DNA of 64,000 nt from Eledone cirrhosa (Eukaryota): the NCBI GenBank assembly GCA_964016885.1, contig OZ024741.1, forward strand, positions 299,336,001 through 299,400,000, in the 5' to 3' direction. The notes under the pieces were generated by a model, which saw only the letters and a program-made list of their open reading frames with translations, did no database searches and had not been told where the DNA came from. Below are positions 39,926 to 55,417 of the stretch, in pieces. The first letter of the stretch is position 1. The number at the start of each line of letters is the position of its first letter. A program made the position numbers and the translations under genes.

Positions 39926-40263
39926 TTCCTGTGTCAGTGTTGAACAAAGAGGTGACGTGGTTGCCTAAACACTGTACGGCGTAAATCAGATTGTTCGTTT
40001 GTTTACAAACGAACAAAGCGAACATTATAATAAATGTTCGCTAAACTGATACGTGCATATATATATGTGTGCCTGTATATATATATATATGTATACATGC
40101 TACTGTACGTCTGTATACATATATGTATGTACGTATATATACATACTTACATTTAAGTAAGTGCCCTACTAAGAGTGAGAAATGAAATTTCGTTTCATTC
40201 TATTCCATTTATATATATATATATATATATGAGAAAAACCACAAACCCTCCATCTCAACTCTA

Positions 40264-40299
40264 CTTTTGAAAAGCAGAAGAACTGCGAAACCGGTAAAG
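40264..40299 (+). ncRNA. minimal hammerhead ribozyme, U3-A8 core variant
   Basis: CTT-TTGAAAA-GCAG(AAGAA)CTGC-GAAA-CCGG-TA-AAG, within a ~200-bp unit between (TA)n tracts. Confidence 0.7.
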
Positions 40300-40435
40300 G
40301 AACCAAATAAATATATATTTATATCTAAAAAAAAAGACTCCGGTTGCATTTTCGATTTCATCTTTCTTCCTTATACTTTCACTCGTGTAGCACACCTCGT
40401 TTACTTTTCATTTTGTAAAAAACCCTCTCTTTCTA

Positions 40436-41321
<886 letters not shown>

Positions 41322-44300
41322 TAGTGTATACAGGTCTCAATAGTGAGTTCGTCAGTCCAATTCCCGGTGGTAAATTGTGTCCTTGTGCAAGACACTTTAT
41401 TTCACATTGCTCCACTCCACACAAATGGGTAAATAATTTGTACCTCTAATTGCCATAATCTCTGTGAGAACAGACGGAACACAACCAAGAAATTCATATG
41501 CATAAATATATTATACATACGTATGTATAGTAGATGTGTATTTGAATGCTTATAGCGTATGTTAATGTTTGTGTTTTAATGTGTTTACCTGTTATCTTAT
41601 CCCACCTATTTAAGTAGGCATATGAGAACGCAAGACGTTAGTGCTTTAGCATTTTTAGTTCATTGCACAAGAATAATGTATAGCTTATGTGCGTTTTGCG
41701 TATAAAACAGTTGCTGGAGTTTATTTACATACAATGTGCGTGTGAATTAACATGGACTAATTATCAGTAGTACTAACATAGTGTAATTCATTATATAAGC
41801 GTATATAAATGTATATACGATATATTTAGGAATAATAAATATACGTTTCGATTTCAATGCTTTAATTGTTGTCATGTCTTAGATTAAAACATTAACAGCA
41901 AGACATATATGCTTATTATACATAGAAATTCGGTGTATGCCTTCATATTCGCCTATAGTTTGAATCACGCTATGCCAGTGCTTTTGTTAATATATATCTC
42001 AAAGTAGTTACGCTAGTCTCATGCAAACTATATATCTGTTTCAGTCGCAATATTTGATTTAATTATGTTATTATAAACAAACCAAGTTATTTCGTTCGTG
42101 GTGCGACGGTTGTTTTGTTAACGAATATTCAAAGTTATTTTATTAGATATTCTCGCATCAAATAAAATTGCACTTAAGCTAGAGCTAATATGTTTATTCT
42201 TACCGACTAACTAGAATCAATTATAGAAAGATTAAAGAAAATTGTTACATCTGTTTGCATTTTGCTGGAAAATAATTGTTCATGGAAATTCATTTTTATT
42301 ATAACCGAAACACCTCCCACGGGGGTTATATCTTATTTACTATTCCACTGGAATATATGTAAAATTTCAAGACATGCAAAATGTTTCTGTACACACTACA
42401 CACACACATATGTTGAAATGATATTTTCCACGTTTTCATGTCATTTGGTAAAGTTAGATCTCACCGTATATCCATGGCAGGTACGAAGACAATGAGACAT
42501 TGTTCATCTCCGCACGGTTATGCTGCTTCGTTTCGGCTTTCATATTTCCTGATTTAAAAGTTTAGTTTCGTTTCAATCCGCCTCGGAAATGTGAATTAAC
42601 ATATGTTGGTTCTAGACGGAAATCGTTTCTTGTATTTGGGAAATTGCAGATTGATTTCGAGCCAATGAGAGAATAATCTTTTTTAACTGGACATAGCAGA
42701 CAAATAGAAACCTACAGTTTTAAAGAAGGAATATTACATTGGATAATATATTTGAATCAAGAATGAACAGTTACGACTCAAACACCATTTTTCCTACGTC
42801 TATCTCCTCAGTGTGGTACAGGCACAAAACAAAAACATCAATCGAAACCATTATCAGTGCCGACAGCAGCAGCGTCAAAACCACCACCGTCACCGTAAAA
42901 ATTAATTTTAAAATATTAGCTTTTCTTTTTATAGTCGTTTATTCTTTTATTTTTATTTTCGGATACAAAAGAAATTGTTTTATCACTTTTAGTTATATAA
43001 TTATTGATAGCGTTTCTATTAAAATCATTTTTATGCACATAAAACAATTATGTCCGCCTTCAATCTTGATTCCATACATAATCTTTTCATAACACAATTC
43101 CAACAGTTTCTCTTCGTACGCAACCTAACACCAACATGTCTTATTAGATTGGTTTCGAATAGTTCAATGTTCTACTTAAAAAAATATATATATATCGTCT
43201 ACGAATAAGACAGTTACCTGTTCTTAGTTGAAACTAATCTAAAGTGATTGTTTTATCAAGTTACTTTTCTTTGGGAAGATATATCATATGTCACTAGTAT
43301 GGCTTTCACGTAGCTACATATATCTTTGTTTGGCGTTCTGTTGGAGGTGGTGTAGTACATTATATAAATACACCGGTTTCTGACTGATATTTTATGTTAC
43401 TGGTCCCTTAAGGATAAAAGAAAGTTGACACTAGTGGGATTTGTACTAATAATGTACACGTTTCTAAATTTTAGCAACGTTGAAATGAACAGACAATTTT
43501 ATTCTTCTTTTGATTTTTATGCTGTGATTTTGGACATACATGTATGAGATGGCCTCTCATCCCCTGTGCCGAGCGGTTTCATATTGATGCGATCGGCGGA
43601 GCATTCTGTTCGTAAAATTAAATTACAAATGGCTGAGCATTCCACAGACACGTGGGCTTTTAGCGTAATTCTCAGGAGGATTCAATGTGACAGTGAATGG
43701 TAACGCTGACCAACTTTGAATTACAGTTACATCCCATTTTTTCTAGTTCTCATACATTCAGATAAAAACAATATTCCCTCCTTCTCTCTCTTTATTTCGT
43801 GCTGTCTCATTCTCACATACACAAACACACAACATGTGCACATATGTATATATAATATATTTGAAATGCTGATTATGAACTAGAAACCACCTCAATGAAT
43901 AATTAACGCGACGTGAATTGGAGACTTTTAAACTAGTGGAGCTCATATCCTCTCCAGGTCAGAACACAGGCAAATTCTTCAGGAGGAGAAGAGAGTGAGA
44001 GTGAGGGAAGTATAGAGAAATAATCAATCTACAACTGGAACTGGTACGTTTATTTATCAACTTCAAATGATTGAATGGCAAAGTTGCTGTCGAGAGGAAA
44101 ATATAGGAAGAAAAAATAAAATGATATCACAAAAATAATGATTTTGAGATTAGGTGTCTGTAGTGGAGAAGGTTAATTGATTAGTGTATAAATTAAACCA
44201 AATTGAAATTCCAAGCGGATAAGACTATAATACAGTGGTATGTGGTGAATATAAAATTCATAAAATAGCATGATGTGTTATATCTCTAAAATAATTACTA

Positions 44301-45888
44301 GTAATATAAGAATACAGTTAAGGATGGTGATAGAAATTATCAGGTAATAGTGGTTAAAAATAAAAAGTCTTAAAACTAGCGGGAAACTGAAAACAGTAAT
44401 TGTCTGAAATAAACTCAAGGTATACAGAACAATATATCAAAAGAAAAGAAAGGCGGGTATGGTAAATTTATAAGTGATAATAAAATACACGCTTGAAGGG
44501 ACAATACAATTGAAGAACAAGATATAAAGAGATTTCCAACCACTCCAAGGTAAAATGCCGTGGAAGTGGTGTAGTCGTAAAGTAAAGATTTTTTTGTAAG
44601 GCGGCGAATTGGCACAATTGGATATAATGCATCAAATTATTTGTTCCAGCTCCTTCCACTCTGAGTCCAAACATTACCGACGTCAAATTTGCAATTTATT
44701 CTTAACAGGTCGCTAAATAAAGTAATAGGTCAGAGCTGGAATCAATTAGTCATATCTGGGAAAAATTTACTTTTTAGTCCTTAAAAGAGAAGCGCTGAAT
44801 CAGGCTTATAATGTCTTAACTACGTTATATATCACTAGCGTGCTTCCACGACTTTATAAGGAAATACGGGTTTCTTCTTTCTTTTTCTCTCCTCTTATAT
44901 CTATCGCCTTATACTCTGTATTTTTCAGTACCTTTTCCAATTGCTCCTCCTTATGCATAATACTTCCACAATACTTGTGTTGGTTATCTGGCTACGCACA
45001 CCAAACCTGACATACCAAAATATCTTTTCTTGACATTTATTTATTCTACAAAGAAAGATTTTCTCTAGCTGCTTTACAAATATTAATTTATATCTAAATA
45101 TATAGTTTTGTTTTATATGATTTGCTTTATAGAGAAAAAATGAATACCTCTTGCAACCTTTCGTTACACTTATAACTTCTCAAGTGCGGTGGTTTGGCAC
45201 TGGGGTAATTGCTGGCCTTGAGCCAAACGTAGAAGCTTATAGATCCTCATTTCTTTTCATTGATATACGTCCATCTAAACTATATAACGTCTCCCAGCAT
45301 TCTAGAACTGAAACTAATTATAGATCTGATTAATTTGTAGACGTTTATTTTTCTCCATCGCATAGCAGTGGACACAGTAAGCTTGAATGGTAAAGAAGTT
45401 TGCATCGCAATCATTAGGCACTGGGTTCTATACCAGTACGTGGCATTTTGTGCAACTATCATTACCCAAAGTCTTAAATGGACCCAGAATGTTTGAGTGA
45501 AATTGAAGCTCTTTAGAAGCTCTTCGGATGGACGGTACCTGTAATTCAAAATGGTCGGCCTTGTCACACACAATGTTACGATAAATCTCCAAGAAAATGA
45601 CGTTAATGTTATTCGTGTCTGTGGATTGCTCAGCCACAAGTTAATTGATCCAACAAGTGGAACCCTCATACTTAAAACCGACATAGATCCATTCTATTTC
45701 ACGACACAGCATTCCTACTATATTTTATCTCATAATTTCTTCATTGATGTTCAGAATATTCTATTTCTGGAATAGACCATCCTATTTTAATTATAAATTC
45801 TATTAAATGTACCGAATAACTATGTTATTAGGAAATGATCGAATAGGATGAGGTATTAATATCTGCAAAGAATAAGTTTAATTTAATG

Positions 45889-46425
<537 letters not shown>

Positions 46426-46429
46426 TATA

Positions 46430-46485
<56 letters not shown>

Positions 46486-47599
46486 ATGTGTTGAGTTTCT
46501 CGTTATACTATAAATTCTAATAGACACGATTTTCCAGAAAACATTGTTTATATATTTATACTTCTATATATATAGTTTAATAAATGAACAGAGAACAAAA
46601 AACAGAGAGGCAGGACAAATGATATTGTTTTTAGTTTCAGACTTGAGAGAGGGGTGTGTGGTTTATGTATATATATATATATAATATGATGTTAAAGTAT
46701 CGTAAAGGAGGATAGAAAGAGGAGGTATAAAGATGTGCGATACAGGGTATTACATGCCAAAAGCGGGTGCATAAATGCTCGATGCTTGTGTTATCAGGCT
46801 TAAATATTAGAGAAACTTAATATTTAGTGTACAAGGATAAGCAGAGCGGTGGTAAGCAAAATGATTAATGAAAGAGTTACAACCCGTTAAAACATATCTT
46901 TATTAGGTTCTTACATATGGCTCTTCTGAGATAGATACAAAGGCAAAGTTTTTAATAAAATACCCTGTACGGGTAGAATAATACTTTAACATCAGAATAC
47001 ATTTTTAAGTATAGATAAATGCAGGAAAGGTGATTGTGATCTAAGGGAGGGAATTACCGGTGCTGTGTAAAGTTACTTGTCAAACTGATGACCGCTACCG
47101 GTATAGTAAGACATTTTATTTATTGTTAAAAAGAGTTAACGTAAGTAAGGTTTGACGACTCAATTTAATGAGGCGGTGTTAAGGTTTGAGTATAAGTTAT
47201 TAGTAGTCATTAAAGACTATACACAAATTTAACTAGTATAAAGTTGCAAGTTCAGTGTCAGCTTGAAGGCCTAGAAAGGCCAAGACACTTTGGGTGGAAT
47301 TTGTATAATTATAAGATCAGTTGACTAAGAAGTTGCTTGAGTATAAGCGGCGGTTCTGTAAAATTACCCAAAGATCAGTCTGGCAGTGTGGAAGAATATA
47401 GCGTGGTAAGCTCAGCTGAATATCTGCAGTACAGCTCTCTGGATGGAGAACAGAGGGTGGATGATGGTGTTGTTCCAAGTTGTTTAATGCTAAGTCCATC
47501 GCAGTAAGTCGAGCCAGGGTGTGGTGTTGGGAGTCTCAGGTGTTATGGTGCTTAAGTAGTTGCCGGAGTTCATCTATAGAAAGATTGTTGTAATCTATA

Positions 47600-48560
47600 G
47601 CCGCAATTTATGACAGTTTCAGCCCGACTATTAATGAGGTCCTGGGGTACTTGCACTATAGAGTATAGTTCTATTAGACAGAGTTGACAGCTCTTTTAAA
47701 AATTGTATAGTACTACTTGGTTCACAATTTCCAATAAGTGGTGAAGCTAATGTTAGAGTCATTTAGCTGGGTGATATAGTTAGCGAGAGACGTAGAGTAT
47801 CTAAGCTTCTTATTCCTAAAAGAGTGGAGGTGTGCTCGAAATCTGGTCTTGAATGACCCAGAGGTAGCTCCTATGTAACACTTAACAATATTATAACTAG
47901 TAACAGTACATCTATAGATAACGTTCTTAGTGAAGCAGTAGCCTCGGAGTGGAGAGTTTGTAGGCTCACGACAATTGCAATGTTTAATACGGTCAACTCT
48001 AAGGTGGTGAGTGTTGGTATTAATCGTAATGTTATTATTATTATCACCATCACCATAGCTACTATTGTAGGCATTATTATAGCTATAAAAACGCGAAGTG
48101 GTGCCATGCCCACCTCTCGTGCTATAGCGTCTTCTACAGCCGTTGTTAGAGCTTTTATGATTTCTAACCCTGTCGCCAGTCTCACTACTGGTGCTGCAGC
48201 AGTTAGTTTCTAGTGTGGTGCTATTGTATAAACCGCTGCTAATACTAGGATACCTATCCTGGTTACTACCATTGTTATCATGCGGGGCGAAAGAATTGCT
48301 AAGGTTAACTGAGTTGTCATATTCCCTAAAATTCTCATTACTAGGATGTTGTATACTAGTGAGTTTGTGGTGGTTACTTATTGCTATGAGGTAGGCTAGA
48401 TTAGGTGTAGTAGAATAGGAGATTTTTAGGTTATTCCCATTCAGGATTTTTCTGTATCTATGGTTAGGTGGAATGTTCTTCTCTAAGGTTTCGAAGAAGA
48501 TTCTAGATAAATTGGAGGCCACACTCTGAGGGTCCCTACGCTCAAACGGAACCAAAGGAC
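47600..48560 (-). pseudogene. PLE C-terminal thumb/linker + GIY-YIG (CxC linker, probably Hydra-like clade)
   Basis: LKISYSTTPNL, CNCREPTNSPLRGYC, VIYRCTV...YIGATSGSFKTRF; frameshifted CQLCLIE...INSRAE. Confidence 0.82.
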
Positions 48561-49050
48561 ATTACGGTGGCAGTTACGCGTAGGTCTGGGGTTACTACGG
48601 GCGTTGTTGCCGAGGTGGGTGTCCCTATCAGAGCTACAGGTTTGCTGTGTATGACTCCTGGGTCGTCCAATGTGAGTAGGATGTTCCTCAGACATTGTGT
48701 TATTTCTCTACTGACCCATTAGTCTTTTAATTGTTTATCCAGTTTTGTATTTGAATAGAGAGGTTTCCGTTCCAGAATAGAGAGGAAATTGCTCTCGGAC
48801 ATGCTTGTACGAGCCACGTATTTCGCACAGAAAATCCGATGAAAATTGCACAAAAAACACGATGCTGAACATCCCATTAAGATTCTGTCTTCGCAGACGT
48901 TGGTGAAATTTAAGGATGATCGATTTGAAAATGTATATACAGTGACACAAAACGGGCATAGGACCAGTTATTTTAGTCACGCTGTTTGTATAGCTCTCCG
49001 TCTGTTTGCCTCTCTCTTCCACTCTCACTCTCTCTATTTCACTCTCTCTC

Positions 49051-49097
<47 letters not shown>

Positions 49098-49981
49098 GTC
49101 CGCGCATTGCGTGGAGACTTAGCTGAGAATAGACTCCCTGATGACGCAATGAATTCTCGACAGTTAAATTACGTAACTGTCTTTATCCCATTGCAGAAAC
49201 TAATTAGTTGGAGTGAAAATTTAAGTAAGTAAGTAAACAATTTTTAAAAAAAATTTTTTAAAAGATTTTCTTATTTTACGTCTTTTATATATATATATAT
49301 ATACTTAGGGTTTGAAAAGGTTGTCGCCATTTCCCAACCTACATCCACTACCTTCCAGTATTCATGCCTGATGCTATATGGTAGCCCATTCCTTGTGCAT
49401 ATAATACTTTAAACCGAGTGTCCCAATACCTGTTCATCGCTTTCTCTTCCTAAGCTGCCTCCTCCATCAACATGTTAAATGTAGACTCTCTAAGAGTACC
49501 TTGATATAGTAGAATATTGTCCCAGGACCGTTCAGAGCATAATATGGGACGGGCGAGGTCGTAGTGGCAATGGAGTCGACAAGGATGTCTGATGAAGAGT
49601 GATAGTGATTATAGACATATAATTTTATTATGGAAATAGTCATGGGAATTTTAACTGGTCAGCGAGACGCAGATGATGAATGTGGATGTGCGTTTATAAG
49701 GGTGCTAGTGAAAAGCTTTATGGGATTGTTCGGATAGGGTAGTGGATGGAATATAAGTATATATACAATTATAGATGTACATAAATATACATACCTACAT
49801 GCCAACATATCTACATATACATAGATCTAAATTCACATATACTATATTTATAAAAGACATTCAAGGAAATATATATATAAAATATTAAACAAGTTATAAA
49901 ATATTTTAAATATGTATTATTACATATATATATTCTATGTATTATAAATATGTATTATATATATATATACTTATATATATT

Positions 49982-50037
<56 letters not shown>

Positions 50038-50176
50038 TATACATATATACATATACATATATGCATACATACGAATACAATATACTCGAATATAGGCGCA
50101 TACATACATAAACACATACAAATATACGTATATATATATTTATTATATATAATTCATTTTATATATAACTCATATG

Positions 50177-50292
50177 ATCTGAGTTCAAATCCCGCCGAGG
50201 TTAACTTTGCCTTTAATGTTTACGAGGTCAATAAAATAAAGTACCAGTAATGCACTGATTAATTGCTGGCCTTGTGCCAAAAGTAGAAACAA
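50177..50292 (+). mobile_element. tRNA-derived SINE (5'-truncated)
   Basis: tctgagttcaaatcccgccgaggttaac...gtagaaacaatt. Confidence 0.85.
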
Positions 50293-50429
50293 TTATATAT
50301 AATTAATTTTATTCATCTATCTATCTGTCTAACTACCCCCCCCCCCCACACACACACATACACACACACACATATATATAGATATATATATATATATATA
50401 TTTACACGCATATATATATATATGCTTGA

Positions 50430-50990
50430 CACAGAAATATCCTCTGAGCGTTTCCCATTGAAATTCACTTCTGCTTAAATATTTTGATGGAGGTTTCTGA
50501 ATATACCAACAAACGTATTAGGGCATCCTCGTTTTTCCCAATTCGACAATTTGCTTAATTGCAAAAGGAGAAGACTATTTGCATACTTCTTGTCCATGTC
50601 GTGACGACCTAAAACACTCCAGATGTCGTCGTTGTTGCCTACACGAGTACTAAAATCTCGTCTGAGTGTGGAATTGATGTTATATACCTTCGTAAATCTT
50701 GGTAAAAAAGCCGTGATTGATTCTGTCTACTACGCAAGATAGGGGCTACTCTGTGATGACAGTCATTAAACGTCTCCTTCAAAGAGGATCTCTAAAATGT
50801 CTAATTCGATCACTAATGCCTTGTGGCTGCTCCAGTCGTTTTGTGATCTCTGTCACGACAGCCAAACCTACTCATCCAATCCTTTCTCCCCATTTAGTTT
50901 CCCTTTCCAAAAGAATGTATAGCTAGCACCTCACGCCGATAGTTGTTCTTCCTCACTAAAACGAGTTTCAGGGAGTGCAGGTGCATCACC
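50430..50990 (-). pseudogene. decayed RTE-clade LINE apurinic-like endonuclease
   Basis: ETRFSEEEQL...SYTFFWKG, GISDRI, DFSTRVG...WSVLGRH. Confidence 0.75.
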
Positions 50991-51299
50991 ATTATACATA
51001 CATACATAAATACATAGAATAGATACATACACATACACTGATATATGTAGACACACGCGTACACACATGCGCACATACGTATGAACGTCCGTAAACACCT
51101 ATAAACATGCATACATATATATACATAAATATGTAAATAAATAAATGCATGCCTACACACAGGTATGCATACATACAGATATAGATGTGGATATAAGTGT
51201 TCCAATCCATAAATACATATATGGGAGAGGCGGGTGGGTGTGCGTGTGTGTGACATCTCACACCTATGCAGGTTTAGCTGGGATCCTCCAAGTTATATC

Positions 51300-51483
51300 T
51301 TGTTGGAGGTCTTGTGTAATTTAATGATAGGGACCCAGTCCAATCACCTCATTTTTACAGCTGAGTAAACTGGAGCAACGTGAAATAAAGTGTCTTGCTC
51401 AAGGAAACAACACATCACCCAGTCCGAGAATTGAACTCACAACCTTTCAATTGGAAGACCAATGCTCTAACCACTAAGCCATG
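51300..51483 (-). mobile_element. second SINE family (tRNA head + CORE/V-like domain)
   Basis: Reverse complement tggcttagtggttagagc (A box), gagttcaattc (B box), tccttgagcaagacactttatttcacgttgctccagt; partial copy at ~41345-41430 (+). Confidence 0.75.
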
Positions 51484-51864
51484 TATGTGTATGGGTATTG
51501 TGGTGGGGGTGGGGTGGCGAAGTTGCCAGTAAGTGGTGGTGGCGTCAATGGTGTAGTGTGAAACAGTAAAGAGTATGAAGCAATGTAGTTTACAATTGGA
51601 GAATTGAAGAATTAAAAAATTGGGTACGGTGAAGATTATCGCAATATACAATTGTAAAAGCTATGATGGTTGAATGAGTGAATGGTAGCGGGGTGGTGGT
51701 ATTGATGTTAAGTAGATATGTCAAATATAAGATATATCAATATAACGTATGCAGATATAAATATGATGGAGTTTATAAATTTTATGGAATTATATATGAT
51801 GATGATAATTTTGGTGGCGGGATGGTGTGGCAGTTAGTTGCAAATAGGGTTATAAGATATAATG

Positions 51865-51918
51865 TATGAGGTATGAGGTATGAGGTATAAGGTATAAGGT
51901 ATGAGGTATGAGGTATGA
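51865..51918. repeat. heptamer tandem repeat (TATGAGG)n
   Basis: Seen directly. Confidence 0.9.
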
Positions 51919-53021
51919 AATATAAAAGGGCTAAGGAAAAAAGAATTAGGAAGATGACAGAAATGACAAAATGATAGACTGGCAGAATGGAAGAAAAGAA
52001 ATAGAAAATTAGAAACAAATTATAGGATATATTAAAATAAAATTTTAAAATTGAACATTTCAATAATAATATGATATTGGATTATAAAAATAGAAGCATT
52101 ATAGAGTATAATGTATGGCAGTTGATGTATAGCGCACATGAGTAGTGAAATATATGAAACAGATTGAATTTGATGCTTGGACACCCATAGTTAGTGATGC
52201 GTAGTGGTTGCTAGCAGTTGCCGTCATATAGAGTCTAGATGGGGTGGGGTAGGTGTTTCTCCGATTTTTACACAATCCGGTACACATCGTTATCTGGTGG
52301 GTAATCCGTGAGTAAATATGGATAAATACGTTTGAAGTGACACATACATAATTATTTTTGTGTAAGCAGGAGGAGAGTTTTTCTCCCAAGATTTCAAGAT
52401 GTTGGTTGATGAGGAATTAGGAGACATAACATTTTGAGAAAACACCCTACACTGATAGAAAATGTACAGTATGCAAATTAAGCCCAGAAATTAACTGCAA
52501 AACTAGGAAAGATCGGAGGGTCAATGGAGGTATAGGAACACGACCTGCACCATAGGAGAAAGCGTAAATAAACACTGGTGATAACTCGAAGGTGGGAACA
52601 AATTCTTCAGTACTCCACCAACTTGCCAGAATGGAACATAGGTAAACACCAGAGAACATTGGGATAAAAATCATATCCCCACACAGAACAGATGCAATGC
52701 TCCGATAGATTACAGAAGCAACAAACATAAATGGACTACACTCAAAACTAAACTGAAAACATGAGTGGAATAACAAGAACATCACAACTAGTACCTAACG
52801 ACATACATATATACACACAAGAACCAAACTAATAAAAAAAAACACAGACTTACTCAAATAGAACAATCAACCGACTAGGGACAAGTAAATAAACGTATAA
52901 ATAAGTAAATAAACACACGCACCCGGATATAACGCATGCACAACCCATGTACACAGAACACAGCTCACAAAAACTATATGGTGTAGAATAGAAAAATAGA
53001 GAGACACAAGGTAACATATTA

Positions 53022-53064
53022 GTCACTGAGGATGTCACATAATTTGTGACGAAAGAGCTTTGAA
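53022..53064 (+). ncRNA. minimal type I hammerhead ribozyme
   Basis: GTCA-CTGAGGA-T-GTCACA(TAATT)TGTGAC-GAAA-GAGC-TT-TGAA. Confidence 0.75.
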
Positions 53065-54161
53065 AATAATCAAATAAACAACTATCCGCTTATTAAACTA
53101 ACCGACAGGGAGTTGACAAAATGAAGTGAAAGCAATCAGGTGCGTGTGTTTGTATACCTACACACACTTGCATACACACAGGTGCACACATACACACGAA
53201 CGCACACACATACACGCACACACATACACACACACACACACATATCTATATATATATATTTCGTTTGATTGTTGAAAGTGTGATGCAAATGGGACTTGCC
53301 CCATGTATAGGAGCAAACTTTGCAACAGAATAGAAAGGAATAGGAATAAGGCAAATAAAATAAACTCATGGTATGACAGCAATAAATACCAAAATGTAAT
53401 GTTGGTCAATATAACCCCTAAGCGAACTGGCGTACAGATTTAGAAGGGCCCTAGACAAGCTCAAATTAAATATTAAGATAGTTAAAAGACGAGGTATTCC
53501 CATAAAAACCCTACATAGTAAAACATACCCATTTCAAAGATCCCCTTGTACTGGGGAAATGCATAGTCTGCAAGCTAAGCCCGTAAATTAACTGCAAAAC
53601 TTGGAACGTAGTATATAATATAAGATGTACCGAGGGACAGTGTAGGAATAAGAACATAAGATACATAGGTGAAAGAATCAGTAGCATAGCAGAAAGCTTA
53701 AATGAACACAGGCGAGGAATCAATAATGGGGAAACTCATCAGTACTCCACCAACATGCCAAAATAGAACATAGGGGCACATTAGAGAACATAGAGATAAA
53801 AATGATATCCTAACACAGAAAAGATGCAATGCTCAGACAGATCACAGAAGCGAAAAAGATAAACGAACGCCAGCCAGAATTAAACAGAAAACATGAGGGG
53901 AATAACAATATGACAACTAGTATCTATGGAAAAATTGAAGACATGCAGACACACACAAAAACCAAACTAACAAAACAAATCAGACACACACAGATAGATC
54001 AAACAACCAACTGGTGACAAATAAACACATAAATAAATAAATAAAAATACACGCACAACCAGGCTGTAACGCATGCGCAAAATAACCACACAATATACAA
54101 CACACAAAAACATGATGGTATAGGACAGAATAAAGGAGGGAGACGCACACAAAAAAAACTA

Positions 54162-54204
54162 GTCACTGAGAAGGTGACAGAATACGTGATAAAAAAGCTT
54201 TGAC
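54162..54204 (+). ncRNA. degenerate hammerhead ribozyme
   Basis: GTCA-CTGAGAA-...-AAAA-AAGC-TT-TGAC; positional homolog of 29684 with core mutations. Confidence 0.5.
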
Positions 54205-54342
54205 AATACATAAACAACCATCCGGTTATCGAACTAACCAACCGGAAATGTATAATAAATTGAAGTGAAAACCCAATGTGCGTGTGTTTTTATTGGCAGC
54301 ATGACCCTCCCAGTGTATGGCAATGTATATATATATATATTT

Positions 54343-54755
54343 ATACGATATATTAACAAATGGAAATCATATTTATTTCATTTTACATATTTCAGGGACA
54401 CCAAGTTAAATTATGGTGCGCTTTCATCAGATAAAATATAATATAGATCAGTTTTATAAATAAATATTGACATACCCTTAAAGAATGCGATATTTTCTGT
54501 TGGAAGCTCCTGGATAAGGGTATGTCAATATTTATTTATAAAACTTATCTATATTATATTTTATCTGATGAAAGCACACCATAATTTGACTTGGTGTCCT
54601 TGAAATATGTATAATGAAATAAATATGGTTTTATAAATATAGTTTACATTTGTTAATATATCGTATATTTACTCCAATAATTTGTTGAGTGCTTTATATA
54701 AGTTATAAAAATATTTGCTTGTTGTATCCCAACAATTTAAATAGAACTTCTACAT
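54343..54755. repeat. fold-back HHR-containing unit between (TA)n tracts
   Basis: Arms 54343-54480 / 54515-54666; HHR-like CTGATGA-AAG.ACACCA...TGGTGT.CTT-GAAA at 54561-54615 (+) and 54381-54434 (-); stem I register unclear. Confidence 0.8.
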
Positions 54756-54899
54756 ATATATTTATATATATATATATATACATATCAAAATTAAATGTTT
54801 AGTTTAAAATTCACAATAGTCCCTTATAATCAAATTAGATCAAGGAAAAACCTGTTCTGAGCGCCTTTTATAACACAGCCAAGAGAGAAGAACACACAC

Positions 54900-54964
<65 letters not shown>

Positions 54965-54966
<2 letters not shown>

Positions 54967-55337
54967 TTTGTATTTGTAAAGCCAAAACAATGCAGGCATG
55001 GACATAGAATATAAATGCAAATGCAAAAGATATTGTTTACAATTAGTCTTTTACCTTAAATTTATTTAAATGTCCTTAATTTTCGAGATAATATCTCTTC
55101 TTCGGAGGGAAGTATAGCGGTTAAACCAGTGTTCTAAATAGCTTGCCAAACTATTTAGAACACTGGTTTAACCGCTTTACGGACATTTAAATAAATTTAA
55201 GGTAAAAGACTAATTGTCAACAATAACTTTTGCATTTGCATTTATATTCTATGTCCATACCTGCATTGCTTTGGGTTTACAAATACAAAAGTATATACCT
55301 CATTACACAATGCTTCAAGTGAACTATAACTTCCTCC
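54965..55337. mobile_element. inverted pair of PLE pseudo-LTR ends between (TA)n tracts (family of 1741-2980)
   Basis: Both arms match 2745-2980; the - arm keeps an HHR with a CCGAAGA core (55074-55108), while the + arm has lost it. Confidence 0.85.

Positions 55338-55417
<80 letters not shown>

Larger units (their letters stand above)
38423..40210. mobile_element. retrozyme-like array: ~475-bp non-coding HHR unit, ~1.3 copies (-) then ~2.5 copies (+)
   Basis: The unit recurs with HHRs at 38672 (-), 39410 (+) and 39885 (+); inversion at ~39025; (TA)n at both ends and inside the unit; no ORF. Confidence 0.85.
52447..54325 (+). mobile_element. two decayed PLE 3' fragments related to the 28.8-34.0 kb element
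   Basis: GIY-YIG remnants at 52447-52795 and 53280-53925, each followed by a pseudo-LTR with an HHR. Confidence 0.85.

Noticed and set aside
38423-40210. CRISPR-like array
   Set aside because: Long whole-unit repeats with no unique spacers, eukaryotic context, no cas genes
45280-45775. Overlapping short ORFs as a host exon
   Set aside because: Overlaps an old dispersed repeat also seen near 8440, 37870 and 43620; no protein motif
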